DNA of 64,000 bases from a virus: IMG/VR virus record IMGVR_UViG_3300032299_001015, positions 20,402-84,401 of that record, one strand, 5' to 3'. Positions 59,810 through 64,000 of the stretch are shown piece after piece (position 1 is the stretch's first letter; every line of letters starts with the position of its first letter). A program made the position numbers and the translations under genes. The notes under the pieces are model-generated. The model had not been told where the DNA came from. It ran no database searches and was given only the letters and a program-made list of their open reading frames with translations.

Positions 59810-60367
59810 ATGATTACAGTTACCGCCCCTGAGGGCACACTCGCATACGCTACCTACGCCGCTCGCTTTGAGAGCCTTATCATGACCGCCACCCTTTCGC
59901 AGACTGAGGCTGCTAGCGTCTGGTACCATGACGCCGCTGCCGTTGCCTCTGAGGTTGCTCGTAACCTTGGCACCTCGCTTGAGGTTGGCGCGTCTATCGT
60001 TGCAGCATTCTCCCCGCGTGAGCGCTGGTCCACTAACGTCGCTAAGGCTATCGCGTACTCGCTTGGCTCGCGTCCCGCTGGCCTTGGCAATAATCTCCGC
60101 ATGGCTGACGCATCCGTAGCGGCAGGCTTTGATGCGCTCAAGGGTCAGAAGACTAACGCTTTCGCTCGCGCTATCGCAGGCGACACTAACGCGGTTGTCA
60201 TTGACGTTTGGATGATGCGTGCGGCAGGCATGGAGACTGACTCTCCTAATAAGACTCAATACGCTCTACTGTCTGAGGCTGTTGAGTCCGTTGCTGCACA
60301 GTTTGGAATCACACCGCGCACCGCGCAGGCTCTTATTTGGATCATCGTGCGAGGGGGTGCGGCGTGA
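59810..60367 (+). CDS. HhH-glycosylase-like phage protein (DUF7178-like)
   Basis: WY..AAFSPR..W..N..KT.AF..VVIDVWM..Y..TPRTAQALIW. Confidence 0.6.
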   Translation: MITVTAPEGTLAYATYAARFESLIMTATLSQTEAASVWYHDAAAVASEVARNLGTSLEVGASIVAAFSPRERWSTNVAKAIAYSLGSRPAGLGNNLRMADASVAAGFDALKGQKTNAFARAIAGDTNAVVIDVWMMRAAGMETDSPNKTQYALLSEAVESVAAQFGITPRTAQALIWIIVRGGAA

Positions 60368-60424
60368 ACGATATCACGCTAGAGAACTTTCGGGAGATGC
60401 TGCGCGATTTTGTGGGAGTGTGAT

Positions 60425-60502
60425 ATGGAGATTTTTCTCGTAACTATTGCGCTATTTCTAGGTATTGGAATCCTGATAGGCCTACTTGACAAAAGGCCCT
60501 AA
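60425..60502 (+). CDS. small membrane peptide (25 aa)
   Basis: MEIFLVTIALFLGIGILIGLLDKRP. Confidence 0.45.
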   Translation: MEIFLVTIALFLGIGILIGLLDKRP

Positions 60503-60671
60503 AGGGCCCGGCCCGCAAATCCTAATCTTGTCAAGTATTTACGACGACATTTAAGAAGTCACTGGAAATTGTCACTGAAATGTTATCTAAATAATCTAAT
60601 AGAAATCCTTGAGACTGTCAGACCTAGAGTGTATAGTTCTTCTATAAGTTCAATCAACTAAGGAGATACAT

Positions 60672-61667
60672 ATGGCACACGCAGTAGAGGTTGGCGCTAA
60701 CGGCGAGCAGGCTTTTGCTTCCTTCCGCGAACCCGCATGGCATGGTCTTGGTACCGTGTTCTTTGAGGAGAAGTCCACCCGCGAGATGCTGGATGCGGCT
60801 TACCTTTCCAACTGGAACGTCCGCCTTGAGGCCGTTCCTTACCCTTCCACCTACAATGTCATCACGCCTTCCTACATGGTACTGCGTGACAATCCCTTTG
60901 ACCAGGGTACTGACGTTCTCGCTACCGTTGGCGAGCGTTACCACGTTCTTCAGAACGAGGATCTTTTCGACTTTGGTGATGCGCTGCTTGACGGTGGTCG
61001 CTGGGAGACTGCTGGCTCTATTCGTCAGGGTCGCGTTGTGTTCGGTTCGCTTGCGCTTGAGCGTAAGACTGTTCTTGATCCCAAGGGCGTGTCGGATGTT
61101 GTGAAGTCCTACCTTCTTGTCCACACCTCGCATGACGGTTCTACCGCTGTGCAGGCTTCCATCACTCCCGTCCGCGTTGTGTGCCAGAACACTCTCAACA
61201 TGGCTCTTCAGGGTGTGAAGCAGTCCTTCAAGATTCGTCACACGCAGACCGTAGGCGGTAAGGTCATGGCTGCACGCGAGGCTCTTTCTCTCGCCAATCA
61301 GTACCTCGACACCTTCGACAAGGAGGCTCAGGCTCTCATCGCCAAGGAGATCACCAAGGCTAAGTTCGATGCCATTCTTGAGGCTGTCTACCCGCGTCCT
61401 GAGGCTGATGCTAAGGGTGCTGTCAAGAAGTGGGAGACTAAGGTCGATCTGCTGGAGGAGATTTACTCTTCCGATACCACCAACATGATCGCAGGCACCG
61501 CGTGGGGTGCGTTCAATGCTCTCACGGAGCGTCTGGACTGGTTCCGCAAGGGTCGTGGCGAGCGGGGTGCTGAGAATGTTCTCGCTGCCGCTAGCGGTTT
61601 CGATCCTGTCACCAATGCGGAGAAGGGTCGCATCCTGAAGGCTGTCAAGGAGATCGCCTTCGCGTAA
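60672..61667 (+). CDS. DUF932/DUF945 (LGT_TIGR03299-like) protein
   Basis: MAH..PAWHGLG..YHVLQNE..ETAGS..SHDGS..TPVRVVCQNTL..GTAWGAFNALTE. Confidence 0.88.
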   Translation: MAHAVEVGANGEQAFASFREPAWHGLGTVFFEEKSTREMLDAAYLSNWNVRLEAVPYPSTYNVITPSYMVLRDNPFDQGTDVLATVGERYHVLQNEDLFDFGDALLDGGRWETAGSIRQGRVVFGSLALERKTVLDPKGVSDVVKSYLLVHTSHDGSTAVQASITPVRVVCQNTLNMALQGVKQSFKIRHTQTVGGKVMAAREALSLANQYLDTFDKEAQALIAKEITKAKFDAILEAVYPRPEADAKGAVKKWETKVDLLEEIYSSDTTNMIAGTAWGAFNALTERLDWFRKGRGERGAENVLAAASGFDPVTNAEKGRILKAVKEIAFA

Positions 61668-61704
61668 GGCTATCCTGACATGGATGCCATGTCGTGGTAT
61701 CCTA

Positions 61705-61732
61705 ACATCCTGGGCATGATGTAAAACTGCCC
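61705..61732 (+). ncRNA. H-type pseudoknot motif, copy 1
   Basis: ACATC-CT-GGGCA-T-GATGT-AAAAC-TGCCC. Confidence 0.6.
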
Positions 61733-61735
61733 CGA

Positions 61736-61803
61736 TCCACCCGCGCTGGGCGCAGACGGGCCTCCAAAACCTGTCGGGCAGAGTTCGATCCTCTGGGGTG
61801 GGG
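61736..61803 (+). tRNA. atypical compact tRNA-Trp(CCA)-like RNA
   Basis: TCCACCC/GGGTGGG acceptor; GCGC-TGG-GCGC mini D arm; CTCCAAA loop; CAGAG-TTCGATC-CTCTG T arm; discriminator G. Confidence 0.65.
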
Positions 61804-61974
61804 CTTGACAAATCTAATAAAAACGGGCCGGGATAAATAATTCATTTTGTCAATATTTACGATTACGATTAAGAAATCACAGGAATATTTCACAGGAATT
61901 TTTAAGAATGCACCCTTGACGATCACGGCAATATCGTGTACTTTAGAGGCATAACTGAAGAGGGGAGGAAATAG

Positions 61975-62184
61975 ATGGGTGAATACCTAGTTGTTGATAA
62001 GTTATATGGGTTCTCTATAGAACATAATGATATTCTCCGCACCGCCGACGGAAATGAGATAGTCGTTTCCTTTGTAGATTCGGTGGAAGGAGGGTATGAT
62101 ATTCACTATAAAGACCTTGACGGAGAGGAAGATATCTACCACCTCCCCGAAGATGACATGATCGACCTACTCATTCTAGAATAA
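61975..62184 (+). CDS. hypothetical acidic protein
   Basis: GGAGG SD. Confidence 0.65.
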   Translation: MGEYLVVDKLYGFSIEHNDILRTADGNEIVVSFVDSVEGGYDIHYKDLDGEEDIYHLPEDDMIDLLILE

Positions 62185-62194
62185 GGAGAAACAA

Positions 62195-62350
62195 ATGGCT
62201 AAGAAGAAGGAAAACAAGTTCTCATATCTTGAGACTTGGAACACTCGCTACGGGGTTCAGACTCGTATTGTCACCCGCATTGATGGCAAGTTCGTTGATT
62301 CAACACCCGCACTTGAGACACTCCGCAAGGGCGTCCCTGCTGGTCGCTGA
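62195..62350 (+). CDS. hypothetical protein (51 aa)
   Basis: AAGGAG SD; MAKKKENKFSYLETW... Confidence 0.65.
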   Translation: MAKKKENKFSYLETWNTRYGVQTRIVTRIDGKFVDSTPALETLRKGVPAGR

Positions 62351-62358
62351 CCAGTTGG

Positions 62359-62389
62359 GCGAACCTGGGCATGTTCGCTAAAACTGCCC
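62359..62389 (+). ncRNA. H-type pseudoknot motif, copy 2
   Basis: GCGAAC-CT-GGGCA-T-GTTCGC-TAAAAC-TGCCC. Confidence 0.6.
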
Positions 62390-62467
62390 AATGCGGTTGA
62401 GATCCTAGTAAGTTGTGGGATAGGTTATGTAGAGGATCTGCGATGACACTCCCCACACACCGCATAA

Positions 62468-62548
62468 GCCTGAGTGGTGGAATTGGCAGACACGCACGAC
62501 TCAAAATCGTGTTCCATTGGAGTGTGGGTTCAAGTCCCACCTTAGGCA
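62468..62548 (+). tRNA. tRNA-Leu(CAA)
   Basis: Class II cloverleaf; CACGA-CTCAAAA-TCGTG. Confidence 0.92.
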
Positions 62549-62616
62549 CATAAAGTCTTGACTAATGTCAGACCCTCATGATAGAGTTTCACTACCTACT
62601 ACAGAAAGGCACTCTC

Positions 62617-63006
62617 ATGGGTGACCGCGCTAATTTCGGACTTCGACAGGTCGATGGCAACATCATCTACGTCTACGGACATTGGGCAGGCGAGGGTATG
62701 CTTGCTAGGTTTGCTAATGCTCTTGACCGTGTTCAGGATGCTGGACGCATTGACGACCAGGCTTATGCTAATCGCATCATCATTTCACGTTTGGTTGGCG
62801 ATGCATGGTCTAGTGACTATAACTGGGGTGTTACCGTCAATTACCTTACAGACAACGAGCATAAGGTTCCTGTCTTTGACTTTGCATTCAAGACCGTTAC
62901 TCTCTATGACTATGACTGGACGGCGGGAGTGCTGACTGATATCATTGTAGAGTTCTCGCTGAACGAGTTCATCAACAAGTACGCTAATACCTTGATGGAG
63001 GTGTGA
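62617..63006 (+). CDS. hypothetical protein (MGDRANF..YVYGHWAG)
   Basis: GAAAGG SD downstream of a promoter box. Confidence 0.7.
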   Translation: MGDRANFGLRQVDGNIIYVYGHWAGEGMLARFANALDRVQDAGRIDDQAYANRIIISRLVGDAWSSDYNWGVTVNYLTDNEHKVPVFDFAFKTVTLYDYDWTAGVLTDIIVEFSLNEFINKYANTLMEV

Positions 63007-63007
63007 C

Positions 63008-63430
63008 ATGATTGATCCTAGTATGACTGACATTCATCCATTCCCGCCCACGATGCAGGAATTGGAGCGGCAGGTCATCGAACTTCAGAGCAATCTGGAT
63101 TCTATGACCGCTGACCGTGATTTCTGGCAGGGTAAGGCCCATGAGCGGAAGTTGATGATTGACAACCTTGAGGAATACATCAAGGATCAGTTTGACTACA
63201 TTGATGAGAATGTATCTCAGAGCATTGTCGATATCTTTGGTTTCAATATCACCAAGGACTACGATGTGACAATTACCGTCACATTCTCTGGTATTGTGAC
63301 TGCTCCTCTCAATTTCGACATGGATAGCCTTGAGGATTCTCTGAATGCTAGTCTTGATGTGTCCTACTACAGCGATCTAGAGTCTGATTTCTCAGAGGAT
63401 CATATGGAGATTGACTGGACAAAGAGTTAG
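63008..63430 (+). CDS. hypothetical acidic coiled-coil protein
   Basis: GGAGG SD. Confidence 0.65.
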   Translation: MIDPSMTDIHPFPPTMQELERQVIELQSNLDSMTADRDFWQGKAHERKLMIDNLEEYIKDQFDYIDENVSQSIVDIFGFNITKDYDVTITVTFSGIVTAPLNFDMDSLEDSLNASLDVSYYSDLESDFSEDHMEIDWTKS

Positions 63431-63437
63431 TAAGGCC

Positions 63438-63513
63438 GCTCCCATCGTCTAGAGGCCAAGGACGCCGCCCTTTCAAGGCGGTAGCACGGGTTCGAATCCC
63501 GTTGGGAGTACCA
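63438..63513 (+). tRNA. tRNA-Glu(UUC), CCA encoded
   Basis: CCGCC-CTTTCAA-GGCGG; canonical T arm. Confidence 0.92.
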
Positions 63514-63747
63514 CCCTAGGGGGAATGTGCGGCACCCGCCACCAACCCCACCATGCCGCGCGCCCCCTAGGGTCCATCTGGGCGGAGGAGAGTGACGGTC
63601 TCCTCTCCTCCGCTCTCCCAATACCCGGCCCCAAACTACCCTATTTGTCAAATCATATTTACGATCATCTTACGAAAGTCACAGGAATTTTCGCTGGAAT
63701 ATGTCAGACCCCTCTGCTACGATTTATCTATACATCTAGGAGGAGAT

Positions 63748-63888
63748 ATGAGCAATCCATACGTTGTAGAGGTAACGTGCATGGTTCTTGTCCATGCCGA
63801 AGACCTTGATTCTGCCACCGACTCTGCTATCGCAGAGTTGGAGGAGATCGCCTTTGACATTGACGTTCTTTCCACTAAGCCCTGGTAG
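63748..63888 (+). CDS. hypothetical protein (46 aa)
   Basis: AGGAGG SD. Confidence 0.6.
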   Translation: MSNPYVVEVTCMVLVHAEDLDSATDSAIAELEEIAFDIDVLSTKPW

Positions 63889-63896
63889 GAGTAAAC

Positions 63897-64000
63897 ATGG
63901 CAACCATCACATTCTCAGTAGAACTTATCTACGAGGGAACTGGTCACTTTATGGATTTTGAATATGACTATGAGACTTGGGATGATATGACCCAAGAGGA
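63897..64000 (+). CDS. hypothetical protein (partial)
   Basis: AGGAG SD; open to window end. Confidence 0.55.
   Translation, partial: MATITFSVELIYEGTGHFMDFEYDYETWDDMTQE

Larger units (their letters stand above)
57315..63690. repeat. dispersed composite intergenic module (TTGACAA / CCGG core / TTGTCAA / TTACGA x2 / TCACRGG), seven copies
   Basis: CCGG cores at 57337, 58346, 58767, 59530, 60508, 61828, 63625 with arm spacing constant to 1 nt. Confidence 0.85.
56621..63723 (+). promoter_or_regulatory. ten TGTCAGACC(C/T)-N6-TANNNT promoters
   Basis: Boxes start at 56621, 56896, 57489, 58580, 58847, 58990, 59782, 60616, 62566, 63702; each has TANNNT exactly 6 nt downstream. Confidence 0.85.

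Noticed and set aside
63514-63572. HDV-like (theta) ribozyme after tRNA-Glu
   Set aside because: It folds as a simple long hairpin with no nested double pseudoknot, and the tRNA already encodes CCA.
57315-63690. Integron attC array or CRISPR mini-array
   Set aside because: I did not see RYYYAAC/GTTRRRY ends or long attC hairpins, no integrase is present, and spacing is gene-sized and irregular.
1-64000. Stop-codon reassignment
   Set aside because: Long genes are intact under the standard code, TAA/TAG/TGA all end coupled genes, and no suppressor anticodon was seen.

Overview
This window is part of a large, long-tailed (siphovirus-like) phage genome, most likely infecting Actinobacteria, judging by a WhiB, an r1t-type holin, leaderless promoters and a DUF932 gene. 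Positions ~1-54,030 are an AT-rich, almost entirely minus-strand virion and lysis region. Read in transcription order (right to left) it holds the lysis genes, a class II RNR, LamG/fibre/adhesin genes, a sulfotransferase-glycosyltransferase cluster, SSB, portal, protease-scaffold, capsid, neck, tail tube, frameshifted tail chaperones, a 2608-aa tape measure with two peptidoglycan hydrolase domains, tail tip and FN3 fibre genes, an HNH and a metallophosphoesterase. No terminase is visible. Positions ~54,200-56,400 hold tRNAs, ThyX and two nucleases. At ~56,460 the base composition switches abruptly to a GC-richer plus-strand region of small genes. Four things stand out. (1) That region is punctuated by at least seven copies of a composite DNA module (TTGACAA-N15/16-CCGG-N15/16-TTGTCAA, then phased TTACGA, then TCACRGG) plus ten TGTCAGACCC promoter boxes. 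(2) There are two structurally abnormal tRNAs and a covarying pseudoknot. (3) Two adhesin genes carry 35 near-identical beta-propeller blades in exact multiples of seven, apparently inserted into a split hub propeller. (4) An [S/T]-A-S motif is strongly enriched in virion proteins next to the glycosylation/sulfation cluster. All family assignments come from motif recognition by eye; no database searches were run.
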